Position numbers and translations under genes: made by a program. A stretch of 64,000 bases of DNA from the human T2T-CHM13v2.0 reference genome, Homo sapiens. The notes beneath the pieces are model-generated. The model made no database searches, had not been told where the DNA came from, and worked only from the letters and a program-made list of their open reading frames with translations. The DNA is taken from NCBI RefSeq assembly GCF_009914755.1, contig NC_060930.1; one strand, written 5' to 3'. Below, piece by piece: positions 1 to 13,609 of this stretch. Numbering within the stretch: the stretch's first letter is position 1; the number at the start of each line of letters is the position of its first letter.

Positions 1-26
1 GTGAATGCAGTTGTGAGCAAGGCTCA

Positions 27-172
27 CAAGGGCATGAGATCTGTGCAGGTCCACAGGGCCGTCTCTTGCACTGTAATGCTCTGCTGTTGCTGTCTTGGAG
101 TTTTTAATTTTTGAACAAGAGGTCCCACATTTTTATTTTGCATGGGTCTCTGAAAAATTACGTAGCTAATCT
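27..172. mobile_element. MER91A-like hAT (Tip100) MITE relic
   Basis: taatgctctgctgttgctgtcttg...ttttgaacaagaggtcccacatttttattttgca...aaattacgtagc matches recalled MER91A consensus; boundaries approximate. Confidence 0.6.
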
Positions 173-1143
173 TTTTGTGAGCATTGGGAGAGATAGATTT
201 GGAGTTAAGCTTTCTTTTCCTTCTTTTCTTTGTAATTAACTGTGAAAATAAGAGTTCTTCAAAGACCTATTAATGGTATTATTCAAATATTCTTTAAGAG
301 AGGAATTAGAATATTGATTTAAGAAACTTAGGTTTATAATTTAATAAAGGAAAATTGGGCTTAATATTGGGGTGGACTGTTCCACAAACCATGGGGAAAA
401 TAGAGAATTTTGAAAATCAAATAACTATGATCCTCAGTTCATTTTTATAGAATTTTACTACAGAATTAATTTAGGTCAATTGGTTGCTAATGGTTATGTC
501 CACAAGTTAGAATAAGCTTTTAAAAGCTTTGGTTACAAAATGTAGTAGGCCCACACTTTATTTAACTTAATCATTATAATCAATGTTTTTGTATAAGCAG
601 ATAGATGCTGGTCTGAGAGGGTTTAGCATCTATAGAATTTGAGACAGTTGTTTTAGAACCAAAGATTGTAAAAAACCAGTTTGTGTATAGCCAGTTAAGA
701 CCTGTGCTTTCATAATATCTTTTGACATAGATGTATGTGGCCAAACATGAGCCAGAAGAGTTTCATCTCACAGGTAGTCTGAGGGCCTCCCATCAAATAT
801 TTTAAACTTAAGTTTTTAAAGAACACCCATCATTGGTTAAATGTAGATACCATATAATCCTGGAAGGTTTCTCTCACATTCTGATGCACATTTGGCCTCT
901 CTGAACAAACAAGCTTTTGTTTGACCTTTACTTTATTTGTTTGGGTTTGTTTGGTTTAGCTCTGTTAGTCTTGACTAAATCAGAAACTGGTGTGCATGAC
1001 TAAGAAATTCCTGGGGTATGAGGGACAGCTTCTCTCTCCAGGAAGTTATAATAATCTTGGAAGGTTTTTAGATGCCTATAAATTCTGGAGAGAGTCGAGG
1101 TCCTCATTGTATCTCAACCTCCTCAATTTGGCAAGTTCATAGA

Positions 1144-1218
1144 ATTCTATTCTATTCTATTCTATTCTATTCTATTCTATTCTATTCTATTCTATTCTAT
1201 TCTATTCTATTCTATTCT
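1144..1218 (+). repeat. (ATTCT)15 perfect pentanucleotide microsatellite, followed by (TG)6 at 1221-1232
   Basis: Directly counted; gives the ILFYS x5 run in ORF 1072..1353. Confidence 0.98.
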
Positions 1219-2032
1219 TTTGTGTGTGTGTGTAGGAAATGTCCTTGGGGAGAAAGCTCATCTGTAGGCCAACCTAGAAGGTTGGGCCATCCTGGAAATA
1301 GCATAATACCCAATTTTGATGGTAACACATTGGACCTTGTAAAAGATAGATAAAATGAATTTCTGGGCTAGTAAGTATTTTCTAGATAACTAGATTAGGA
1401 CTCTGGAACAAGGGAAGGATAAAGTCTGCCTCAAATCAAGGGGAAAATTTTTTCAGTGAGAAATGAATTGACCCCAATATAGAAGTAAATCAGGATGCTG
1501 AAACACTTCTTAGATACTGATTCACAATTGCCATTTTGACCTACCTCCACATAAAAATGGCCCAAGCTACTTGGGAATGAGAGTTATAAATCTACCTTTC
1601 ATATGTAAAATACCAAAATTAATATCACAATAGCTGAAATTTATTGAGAATGAGTGCATGGTGATCTTTAATGAAATAATTCATAATTCTCTTTAAGACT
1701 CATGAAACAGGCATAATTATTATCCTTATTTTAATGAAAAAGAATCAGAGAATTTAAATAACTTCACCAAGTTGGTGAATGGCAAAATCCACACTCATAT
1801 TTGATCTCTGATAATAAGGTTTGGCTACAACTTTCAGCAGTCTTATTACATAAGTTTGACCCTAGTGAGAAGAGAGCCTTCTCCAAGTTCATTAGACAAG
1901 AGACAGAGTATTTCAAGCACTGTAGTCATAACTTAAAAGATGCATGTAGAGTACTTGATATCATCCCTTGCATAGTATAAACAGTCAGAAAATACTACTA
2001 CTTACAATGTGGGGAAACTAGAATGTGAGGCA

Positions 2033-2238
2033 TAAGAGCATAAATGTTAGATTCCAAATTCTGTGTTTATAACCCAGCTCTAGCTTGTATGACTTTCAGC
2101 AAGTTTCACTTTCCTTATCTGTAAAATGGGTATAATAATATCCCCCACTTCACAGGGCTTTTGTGGGAAGCAGATCAGATGGTATTATATTTAATATCAT
2201 GGCACACAAAACATGCTCAATAAATTGTAGCTACTGTT
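2033..2238 (+). mobile_element. MIR SINE
   Basis: Core ttccttatctgtaaaatgggtataata...cacagggcttttgtg and 3' end atgctcaataaattgtagcta. Confidence 0.75.
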
Positions 2239-2701
2239 CTTGAATCCATTATTGTTGTTGCTTTTAAGTCCACAAAGTCAATGCTAGTGCTTTTAAAATC
2301 ATTGATATCGGCAACTACAGAGTAAAAAAATCAGAACAAGTAGCACAGGTGTGGTCCTCTTGAAGTGCTTAAGTCAAAGCGCATCTAGCCACCAAGCAGT
2401 GGAATTGAAAACAGCAAAAAGCCTAACAGTAACCAAGAAGGATGAATTTCCTGGCACCTTACCAGAGGAAAGAAGTAAACTTGAAGGACTTGGGACACCA
2501 ATTATTTTGCTGAGTGGAGAGTCAGAATCCATTTTCACTGCCATTGCATTTGTTAACTGGTGTCCTTGACTGTCCTCTGCTAGTATCCTGTGCCATTGGG
2601 AGGTAAAAGCTCCCTATCTAACACCTTTTTAATTGTATATTTCAGCCTTCCCAGTTTTCTCCTTCCAGCTCAGAAAGCAATCACTTACTAATATCATATG
2701 A

Positions 2702-2726
2702 AGAGAGAGAGAGGGAGAGAGAGAGA
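2702..2726 (+). repeat. Imperfect (GA)n microsatellite
   Basis: agagagagagagggagagagagaga. Confidence 0.85.
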
Positions 2727-4299
2727 AAAACCTTTCTGCAATTTACAAAATTACAGGTAATTCTGTTATTCAATTAAGTTAATACCTGTTTCTGTCTGAG
2801 CATAACACTGCATTTCAAATCCAAACCCCAAATGGGCTGCAGATGCATAGAAAAATAAAAGAAGAATCGTGTACACTCATGGTTTCTCTATTCTTACCTT
2901 AGAGAATAATATTCTCCCAGAATTTTCTGGCATGCCTATCCATTTGAAACAGAATCCGTTTCAACTGTTTCAAAGAATGCAAAATATCATCACCGTAATT
3001 GCTTCTGTATCTTTATGAATATTGTAATATCTGTATTGCAAATGTAATCTTAGTAATCCTATACTGCATTGCCTTTTGAGAAGATTTCATTTCATATATG
3101 GTGAGTTTTAAAACCCTCATAAGGAGAATTTTTACTGATAGAAATGCTTTCTATATTTTATTTTATAATTAACCAAAGGAATAATTGGCTTTCCAAGGTT
3201 AATTACCTCTGCCTTCTAAAAATACTTTTTGGTTAAAGAAAATATTTGAATTCTTTTTGTTTAAAGAAAGCAAGGCACAATATACCACATTATAACAAAA
3301 TTCCACACATTGTACGTAGATATAGTTTTGGTTCTGAGCTGGGGAACACAATTTCCTTGAATGTTATAGTTTTTATATTCTATTTTAGTGCTATAATTTT
3401 TCCAAGCAATAAATAATGTACTTCTACTGAATTCAAAATTACAGTAAACGTGCTCTCTGCAGATAATTTAACACCTGTGTATTTCTATGCCCTACAACTG
3501 CAGACTGCGTATCTCAGAGGCTTAAGGATCTGAATTATATTGCAAAAATAATGAGCTGAAGACTGATTGTAAATGTATATTTATTAACATAGCCACTAAT
3601 TTTTTCGACTGCAGAGAAGAAATGGATCCTCCAGTGTGAGACCCTCAGTAACTACAGCAATATGTTGGATTTAGTAGGTTTCGATTTTTCAATGATTAAA
3701 ACTGAAATCACAGCTAATATTCTTTTTCGGGGGATTAAGCAGGGAGAGTGTATCAGCACCAGCCCAATGCGAGGGCACTGGCGAGGTGTACCTTGGATGT
3801 ATGGCTCCAGCGCTGGGGAGGGCTGAATAGAGAGTAAAGCTGAGCCAGGGCCCTGACAAAGAACCACACATACCGTGCACCACCTCACCTCCTCCCGTAA
3901 ATCATGCACCTACGGAGGGGAGGAGCTACATTTAAAAAGGATCTTGAATCTTTTATTATAATTGAGCCTTTTCTATTGTGAATATAGATTTTATCCATCC
4001 AGCTACCAAAATAGTGTATGTCAGAATCAAAACATATTAGGACTGAAAGTTTATTTAGAAAGCACTTACATTTTATGAAAGAGGCATTTTATGAGAGACG
4101 AGGACATAGGGGCTTGGAGAAGTTATTGCCCTCCTGAAGGCACAGGCAAGGAGGGGTTCCTCCAGCCTACTGCTCCCTGGTCGCTGTTGCAGACACTCTC
4201 ATGGTTCTGTGTGCCCATAGAGCAGTATTCCGAAGTTTTCTAAGAAAGTGAGGGGGAAATTTTACAGGCGTGAGGACCCTACATTTTTAAAAAACTGAC

Positions 4300-5181
4300 T
4301 GAGACTAAGAGTAAAGGGAATACCTGAAGTGTTGAAAAAAAATTTGTGAAGACATCTGCCAGACTACTGCTTTCTTTTAGGCCCAGTAGTTGAACAAGTT
4401 TAAGAGGCCAGTGCAGCAGAGTGGAGGTGGCTGCGCTGAGATGGTCTCCTCTGTCCACATTTACCAGGGCAAAGGATATAAGAGTCTTCTGGGACCAGAT
4501 GACAGCCATGTTGAGGAGAGGGGAAAAAAGAGCCAAATGAGATGGACTGGAGCAGTTTCAAGTCCTGTCCTAGAGGACCTTCCACACAGGGTCTCTGTTT
4601 GGGTGGATAGCTAGAGAACCAGGATCCAAGGACTGAGTGACAACTACAGGAATAGATTTCATTCCCCATCAGGAGGGGGGCCTTTGATGAGCCCAAAGAA
4701 GTACCAGCGAGAGAAGGAGCCTGCCTGAAACCAGCCCAGAAAGCATCCCTTTGCTTCTCCCCCGCCCCCACTTGCCATACCTGAGGGGCTGAAACCACAG
4801 ATAGCAAAGAGGGGAGAAACAGTATGAGAAAGAGGCAAGCCACAGCTAACAAACACCTCTTCCTTCCTAATGAACAAATTCTTGCTTCTGTGGCTTGTAG
4901 CTAAAAGAGGAAAAGGAGACCTCTTACCCTAAATAAATATGGAAGTGTTGATTGATGTATTGGACTGGACACATTTCATGTGTAAATTGAGACTTCGTTT
5001 TGTGACTTTAAGTGATGGTTGAACTCTCCATTACTTAAGAGTGAGAAGCCAGGAAACTGCCAAGGCTTTTATCAAAAAGCAGAAGGCATTTTCCACTGAA
5101 GAAATTTTAAAACAACAATGGGAGACGAAAGGAAAGTAATGCATTGATTCCTGAATCATGCTTGCTCACCGTACCGTTACA
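4300..5181 (+). mobile_element. Possible ancient LTR (MamGypLTR-like)
   Basis: Purine/GC-richer block ending ...ccgttaca; 3' part loosely resembles recalled MamGypLTR consensus; left end undefined. Confidence 0.3.
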
Positions 5182-5819
5182 CGGTGCTCTTTCCTCCTCA
5201 GGCCCTTCCTGTCCCTTACCCTTAGAGTCCTCCTCAGCCAGAGGTGGAGTCTTTTCTCATTTTAACCATCTATGGGTCCAGGGCCAATCCAGTCTTTGAG
5301 TAGGAGACAGTGAAGTAATTTTACCCCATTCAGTCTGGAACTCAGCATCAAGTTATTCTCGTTTTAGTTTGGGCTGTGATTTGCAATTCCCTATTTTAGT
5401 TCTGTGCCTTGACTTTTCTTCTTTTTCTTTATTCTTTTAATGATAATTTTTGCTTTCTAAACTTTTTTTCTTTTAAAATCATCCAGCCTAAAATGGCATT
5501 GCCTTGTTTTGTTGAAACCTACCTTATCTTGTTGAAGACAGTAATTATAGGCCTTATGTGTGAGTATACATGCACACACACACACACATATCTTTTGTTT
5601 GTTTGGGTCCCTGACTTTCATGTTAGACACTTTTTCTCAATAATTTGGTGATTTATCTGGCTGGTTATTCTTTTTTAAGAGTCATTTATTAACAAGTTGA
5701 TGGCAGTCTCGTAGTGCATAGCACGTGATGGGAACGCGAGGCAGTTGCACACTCACCCTGAGGATCACCAGCTCTCAGCATCTGTGGGGCTTTTCTTTTG
5801 GGTTGTAGCTTCCTAACAG

Positions 5820-6006
5820 CAGTGGTTCAGTAGTGGTTCAAACTGTGACTGAGTTAGAATCTCTTGGAGAGCCTGTTAAAACACAGAAGGCCAAGACTCA
5901 CCGCCAAAGTTGGTGATTGGGTAGGTCTGGGTAGGCTTGCATTTCTAACAAGTTCCCAGCTGCTGAGCATGCTGTGGGCTTGGAGAGTACACTTTGAAAA
6001 GCACTG
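5820..6006. mobile_element. MER5A (hAT-Charlie MITE)
   Basis: cagtggttc...gttaaaacacaga...tgcatttctaacaagttcccag...cactttgaaaagcactg; TIR-like ends. Confidence 0.85.
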
Positions 6007-6014
6007 TCATGGTG

Positions 6015-6242
6015 CAGGATTTCTTAATGTTGGCACTATTGACATTTTGTGCTGGGTAATTTGTTGTGTGGCGCTGGCCTGTGTATTTGTAGGATGTTTA
6101 GCAGCATCCCTGGTGTCTATCCACTAGATGGCTACCCCCAACAGCCCCGATCCATACACCAGGTGTGTGAAACAAACATGTTTTGAGACATTGTCAACAT
6201 GTTCCCCTAGTGGACGAAATTACCCTACATTGATAACCACTG
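6015..6242. mobile_element. MER20 (hAT-Charlie MITE)
   Basis: ggcactattgacattttg...tgtaggatgtttagcagcatccctgg...ccactagatg...ttgataaccactg. Confidence 0.88.
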
Positions 6243-6459
6243 ACTCCTTAAGGAATTCTCTCTCCTGCCCGGAAAATAAAAGTGCAGCTGTAAGCAATCT
6301 GGGAGACAAAAGGAAAAGGGACTTGAGACTCACAATTCAGTTGGTAGACTCTATTAAATTCCCTCACTTTCTGTGTTGCCTTTCACCAATGCCACCCCAC
6401 TGTCCATTTTCAGCTGTAAATCTCTCCAAAGGTAAATCTGTTCCATAGAGGTAGAAGAG

Positions 6460-6856
6460 GGCCAGGTTCCTGGAGAGGGGATCTGGGGTGTAACTGAGCT
6501 TCACATAAACTTTCAGTCTATCCTCCAGTTGGCAGCTTTGCCCTGAAGTCCTGCTATCAGAGGTACCTACTATCCCGAGATTTAAGTATTTCCAAGATTC
6601 ACCAGAGCTAAGCAGCTTCCTTCCCTGCAAGCTCACAGTTCTGTTTTCTCTGGTCTGCCAAATCAATTGCTATTTATCCATCTGCTTTCTTGACTCTAAA
6701 GTTTTGTTGACATCTCTCATCTGCTGTTATCTGCTCTCCCATTCTCTTTGTTCTTGTAGATTTATGGCTTTTAAGCATTTATTTTCATTTTGGCGTGTTA
6801 CAGAGGAGCAATAGTAAACATGTGTGTTTAATCTGCTACGTGTAGCCAGAATTTCC
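6460..6856 (-). mobile_element. Old L1M/HAL1-type 5' end fragment
   Basis: ccaaatcaattgctatttatccatctgctttc...gacatctctcatctgctg...tgtgtttaatctgc...ccagaa resembles the antisense of L1ME/HAL1 5' termini. Confidence 0.55.
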
Positions 6857-8147
6857 AGCTGCTTATCTGAAACTAGGTTTGGATGAGAGGGAAGGTGGAA
6901 AGGACGTAAAATATGTACACTGGAGAGGTGTTATTAATGGTTTTGGTTAAAGAAAAAAATGGAAATTTGAAGGTACAAAAAACACTCTTTTCATGTTTCT
7001 TTTGTTCTGCCTAAAGCCCTGATTGTTATATCTTTATCATCTGTTCAATAAAAGCAACATTTGAAACTAACAATATAGCCCTTAAGAGGCCCTGAAATAA
7101 AGGGACCTCCAAAATAGACACCTTTAAGCAAGACAGTATTTATAAAAACCCATTATAAATTTCAAATAGACACCTATGTTGGGTTATGATTCATCACTTA
7201 AAAACATAGAGATTACAGGTTGCCATTTTACCCACAAAATCAAAGGCATACGTTCTTACAGTTAGACTTTCTCTTTAATTTACTCTTAGATGCAATCAGA
7301 AAGTGTTATTTAGGTATTAGTCATACTTGCTCATGCATAATTCCTCTTATTGATGAGAGAGCTCAATTCATGACTTTAAGGGATCAGGTGGGATTTAGCC
7401 ATAAGAAGTAACCAAAAAGGATATTGAATTGAATTTAATTTCAATAATTAACAAAATGATAGGTGGAAATTCTTCACAGATAAATATCTGGCTCTGGGAA
7501 AGTCACTGAATCTCTCAGGAGTAAAATTCCGTCAATAGGGGAATTGTGAAAAACATAATAGATAAAATAAACTAAGTGTCCTATGAACAAAACTTTGACC
7601 TGGCATTGGACTTCTTTTGAGTTTTCTACAGGTATAGCTACATGCAATTTTGAAAAATGCCCTCCAGCTGCTTCTAGGAATAAGCAGTGCTTTCTGAATA
7701 CCAGTACTTTAAAAAGTATTAGTTATCACATACTCACTAAATATGAATTAATATTTCCATTGTATTATGACTTATTTGAATCTTAATACATGGACAAACT
7801 ACAAGTTCCCTCCTCAAACTATATACTATATTGTGCTTTTGCTTTCAAGCTAATGAGCATTGAGAATAATATGGTGTTCTTGTCCTTGATTTTCACAGCA
7901 ATATTTTTGGCTTATATTGGCATGTTGTGTAACCTATGTGCTTACATGAAAGTCAATAGAAAATACAGGAGGGAAGCAGTTACAGCCACCATCTTATAGT
8001 ATGTCAGAAAAATATCATGTAAATATATATATTTCAGAGATACATATATATAAAAGAAGTCAAATGCAAATATGGTTTAGAGTGTCAATGAAAACTTGGA
8101 ATGGAAGAGTTATATATGGGAATAATTTTCATAAGAACCAGTGAATG

Positions 8148-8355
8148 TGTTGGCATAATCACTGGATTAGACATTTGGAGATTGAGTTATGTGACCTTAC
8201 ATAAAGTCATTTGGCCTGTCTGATTTTTAAATCTGTAAAATGAAGATAATATGTGCCTCTTTCCCAACTCTCAAGAAGGCTATGAGGATTTATGGAGTTA
8301 ATATATATAAAAGCACTTTATAAGCTATATGTACTACACGAATTTAAATTGTTGA
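8148..8355 (+). mobile_element. MIR SINE
   Basis: gttatgtgacctt...atctgtaaaatgaagataat...tatgaggatt...aaagcacttta. Confidence 0.65.
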
Positions 8356-8597
8356 CACGAATAGAATCATAGAAAAATAGAACTGATAATATCCATAAAA
8401 GGTTGTTTGGTTGATTCACCTGCCTAAGTTATTCAGGATAGTAACTTACCTGTTATTCCTTTTATTTGTTTTGGAAATATTTTCATTTTTTCCAAACATT
8501 TAAACATTTTGCATAGTATTTTTAATATAAAATGATTTTTTAAATAATTTAAATTATTGGTAAACAGTAATACATCACGTGAATGGTATTTTTCTTA

Positions 8598-9099
<502 letters not shown>

Positions 9100-9274
9100 A
9101 TTAGGAAGAGTGAAAGGAAGGAAGGATAAGAAAATGTGAGAAAAAGAAAAAAGAAGAGAAAGGGAATAGAAAACTTGAGTACATTGCTAGAAGAGTGTGC
9201 TATAGGTTATTTGTGCTTTTCCAGAAGAACTGAGAAAATGTATTTTGGGCTAAAAATTTTTATAATTAAAAAAT

Positions 9275-9811
9275 AATAATAACTTGAATTCATGAGGGCC
9301 TACTGCATTCAGGTACTATGATAAGAGCTTTAATTTATGTTATCCTTACACCTCACAAATACCCCATGAGGTAGGGAAAGAACCACAGTCCCTTTTAGGA
9401 AATGCTTGGCCCAAGTGTATGCTCTATTAAGGTGAATGCATTGGGGTCAGATTTTGGAATTTAGAATTTTTCAATTTTTAGAAAGATATGTTGGTGGCCT
9501 TAGCATACATTATACACTATACCCAGGAGGGTCTGAGGGATCATAATGGGATCAAATAAAAGTGTTAAAGAGCTTCACATGAGTTCATTTCATATAGGTC
9601 AGATTTTGATGCCAGATGAGTTATGACAAAGGATTTGATTTTCACAGCTTTTAGGATTTTGAAATTGCAGACAAAATATTGTAAACCTGTATTATTATCA
9701 TTCCCATTTTCTTGACCACAAAATGGCTTTAAGAGGTTGGTTAACAGCTCTGGTTTGTACAGCCAGGAGGTGACAGAGCAGACTGCACATCAGGCCTTCT
9801 GACTCCTGGTC
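9275..9811 (-). mobile_element. MIR split by a MER46C insertion
   Basis: ...accccatgaggtagg (to 9375) resumes as attattatcattcccatttt...ggccttctgactcc (9692-9811). Confidence 0.65.
9385..9691. mobile_element. MER46C (TcMar-Tigger MITE)
   Basis: ggaatttagaatttttcaatttttagaaag...ggtcagattttgatgccagatgagttatgac...gaaattgcagacaaaatattgtaaacctgta (TA end). Confidence 0.7.
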
Positions 9812-10114
9812 TGTGGATTTTTAGAATTTAATGCAGATGGACCAGTGAGAAATCCTGAGTTACAATTTGGATGTACTAGTAGGCACCACCAGCTATTTGC
9901 CTTACTGTTCTTATGATTACTATTAGCTATAATTTTCCTGAACACCTGTCAGCAACTAGGTGATAAGGGAGTGGGAGAAAGAAGGCAGTGATGGAGCCCA
10001 ACGCTTTCCTAAAATCCTAAAATCCTGATGGGAAGGCTGACATTCCAGATTTAGATGAACTGATGGCCAGTTCATGAGAACTTTCCAAAGAAGAACCACA
10101 AAGAGCTCACAGAA

Positions 10115-10390
10115 CATCCATAAAATATTTGTTGGACGCCTACTACGTGTTACTTATTGTTCTAGGCACTGGGAATAGAAATGCATGTATTTTATTATGA
10201 TATATGATACTATGTATATCTCTCCTAACAGAGGAGATATACATATAACCAAATAATTAAAATACATTGTGATAAATGCTGTAATAGGGTTCATTAGGAA
10301 ATACTGGGAATGTCAGGAAAGTCTTATACAAAGAAACTGATATTATATTTGGACTTAAAGGATGAGTTGTTTTTGTAGATAGATAAATGG
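10115..10390 (-). mobile_element. L2 3' fragment
   Basis: aaatatttgttggacgcctactacgtg...ttctaggcactgggaata. Confidence 0.6.
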
Positions 10391-10429
10391 CAGAATAAGT
10401 AGAATGGCTGTTCTAAAAATGCACTTTTA

Positions 10430-13400
10430 ATTTCTGCTCTTGATCAAGATGGAATGACAGGGACAGGATTTATTCCCCACTGGAAGCAACTGGAAAACTG
10501 GAAAAAAATATACAAAACAGCAGTTCTCAAGACATTGTGTGCCGGCAACAAAGGACAGTGATGCTGGAGAGATGAGAAATAAGCAAGGTAAGCCCTATAG
10601 TGTCCCAGCTTACTGCCTGGAGAGAGTATTCAGGCTGCAGGCCTATATTCTCAGAGTAAGGAGATTCTCAGGGTAAGATTCTCAGAGTAAGCAGACAATG
10701 TTGATTGACCGGGAAGGCCAAGGTGGCTAGAGGCCACAGAGTAGAATGCCAGAAAAGAGAGAACTACATAGATTGAAAACTACGCAGACCTGTAGGGAGT
10801 CTTTAAGTATTCAACTGAGTACTGATCAACACATGCATGTTAGGAAACCACCCAAGGCTGGGGGCAAGAATCTAAAGGATTAGAGGCGAAATCCTTGGAG
10901 CTCACATGGAGCCGCAACTGGAACTTCTTCCCACCAGCCAGAATGGAAAGCCTCATAATTCAGTGGGCATTTGAGTAGAGTACTCAGAAGAATTTTGCCT
11001 CATTAGTACAGCTAAAGTCAGGCCTGGACTATCACTGCTCTGTTTCTGCCTAACAAAGCTTAAAAAAACAAGACTCAAAATGATCATATGCTTTCCAATG
11101 AACTATCTCCCATAACAAAGCTCAAGAATATTTATAGAAATAAAATACATATGCAGCACCCAAGAAGCTAAATTTTACAATGTTTGACATCTAATAAAAA
11201 AATTTTTTTTTTAATTTTTTATTTTGAGACAAAGTCTCACTCTGTCGCCCAGGCTGGTGTGCAGTGGTGAGATCTCGGCTCACTGCAACCTCTACCTCCT
11301 GAGTTCAAGTGATTCTTGTGCCTCAGCCTCCTGAGTAGCTGGGATTACAGGCACACGCCACCATGCTCAGCTAATTTTTGTATTTTTAGTAGTGATGGGG
11401 TTTCACTATGTTGGCTAGGCTGGTCTTGAACACCTGACCTCAAGTGATCTGCTCACCTTGTCCTCCCAAAGTGCTGGGATTACAGGCATGAGCCACTGTG
11501 CCCAGCCCATCTAATAAAATATTAATAGGCATGGAAAGACACAGGAAAACAGGGCCCACAAGCTGGTAAAGAATAATTAGTTGAAATTAGCCCAGAAATT
11601 ACATGGATAATCAGTTATTGAAGACATTAAGCTTATTGATAAGGTTGTTAGTTCTGTTATTAAAACAGAACATAGATATTCCATATATTTATGGAGCTAG
11701 AGAAAAGATTGAACTGTTAGTTATAGATATGAAGATACAAAAATCGAATTTCTTAAGGTTAAAATTATAATGTGTGAGATAAAAAGACAGACTGGATCAA
11801 TGACAGATTAGGTATTGCAGAAAAAATGATGAGTGAACTTGAAGACATGGTAATAGAAATTATCCCAAATGAAACTATCCAAGAAGGAAAAAATCCTGAA
11901 CGAATCAATAAAGCATCAGTGGGTTGTGAGGCAACTTCAAGCAAACTAATACAGGAGAATTTGGAACCCCCACAGGAGAAGAGAGAGAGGGACAGAAAAA
12001 CATTTGAAAGAAATAATTACTAAAAACATTTCCAAATGTGATGAAAATTATAAACCTCAGGTCTAAGAATCTTAAAGAACTCCAAGCATAGGAAACATGA
12101 AGAAAAGTATGCAAAGACACGTTATAATGAAATTGCTTAAAACCAGTTAAAAAAAGAAAAATTTAAAAGCCCGAAGCGAAAGACACATTAGATACAAAGG
12201 AAAAAAGACAAGGAGGAGAGCAGAGTTCTTGATGAAAACAATGCAAACTAGACAACAGTGGAGCAACATCAGTAAATACTGAAAAAACAAAAACAAAACT
12301 TTCAGCCTGTAATTTTTTATCCAGGGAAAACATCTTGCAAAAATGAAGGTACATATTAGTTAAAGGAATTAATCACCAGCAGACCCTGCCCTACAAAAAA
12401 TGTTGAAAGAAGTCTTTCAAGCATAAGGCAAATGATGCTAGATGGAAATTTGGTCCTATACAAAATAATGAAGAGAATTAAGAAATGGCATGTAGAAAAA
12501 TATAGAGAATTTTCTTATTAAATATCTTTAAAATATAATCAATGGCTTGAGGCAGAATTAAAAACCAAATATTGTGGGGTTTTAATGTGTAAGTTTAACA
12601 TGTAGAAGTAAAATGCATGAAAGCAGCAGCAAAACAAATAAACAAAAAATACCCAGAAGGGGAAAATTAGAAATAATTGTAGACCTGACATGGCTAAGAA
12701 AAGAATCAGTAAACTTGAAGCAGATCAATAAAAAGTTTCCAAAATGAATTGCAAAGAGAAAAAAATAAACACACACACACATGCACACACACACGTCCCC
12801 CAACACATTAAAAAATTGTGGAGAATATGAAAATGGAATAATACAAACTATTCAATCCATCCAAAAGAAGGCAGTAAAAGGAAAAAGGCAATAAAGAACA
12901 AATGGAAAAAATGGGAAATAAATATCAAACGCATATCTAATAAAAGACTCAGATCCAGAATATACAGAGAATTCTCAAAACTCAAACAACTCTTTCCTCT
13001 TCAAAAAAAGAAATGGGGGAAATCTGAACAGAAGCTTCATCAAAGAAGATAAATGAATAGCAAGTAGGTAGATGAAAAAATGTTAAATAGCACTAATCAT
13101 TGAGGAAAGGAAAACTAAAGCCACAAAAGAATGTCACTATGCACGTATTAGAATGGCTAAAATTAAAAATCAAATGTTGGGGGAGAATGTGGAGCAACTG
13201 GAATTCTCACACATTGAATGGTGGGAATGGAAAATGGTCCTGCCACTTTGGAAAACAGCTTGGCAGTTTTAAAAAAGATACATATAGCTGCTGTATGACT
13301 CAGGTATTGCGTGCTCATGTAACTATCCAAGATAAATAAAAAGATTTGCACATGAATGTTTATAGCAACTTTGTTTGTAACGGCCCCAAACTAAAAACAA

Positions 13401-13600
13401 CCTAAATGCCCATCAACAGGTGAATAGATTAACAGTGTTACAATCAATGACATAAAGAGGAATGGATTATTGATATACTCAAGAACATGGATAAATCTCA
13501 AAACAATTATGCTGATTATTATTTATATAAATGTCTAATTCCATTTATATAAAATTCTTAAAATTACACACTGATCTATAGTGATACACAGCAGGTCCAT
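10430..13600 (+). mobile_element. Old L1M (L1MC/MD-like) composite: 5'UTR, ORF1 remnant, ORF2 3' end and 3'UTR
   Basis: caagatggaatgacagggacagg 5' start; ORF1-like MMSELEDMVIEIIPNETIQ (11826); ORF2 end ccactttggaaaacag...atgtttatagcaactttg; interrupted by an Alu at 11203. Confidence 0.8.
11203..11507 (-). mobile_element. AluS (AluSz-like), full length
   Basis: T-rich tail then gagacaaagtctcactctgtcgcccaggctgg...cccagcc; TSD catctaataaaa (11188-11199 / 11508-11519). Confidence 0.97.
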
Positions 13601-13609
13601 GTCTACCTT

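Noticed and set aside
1072-1353. ORF with ILFYS repeats
   Set aside because: Translation of the (ATTCT)15 microsatellite
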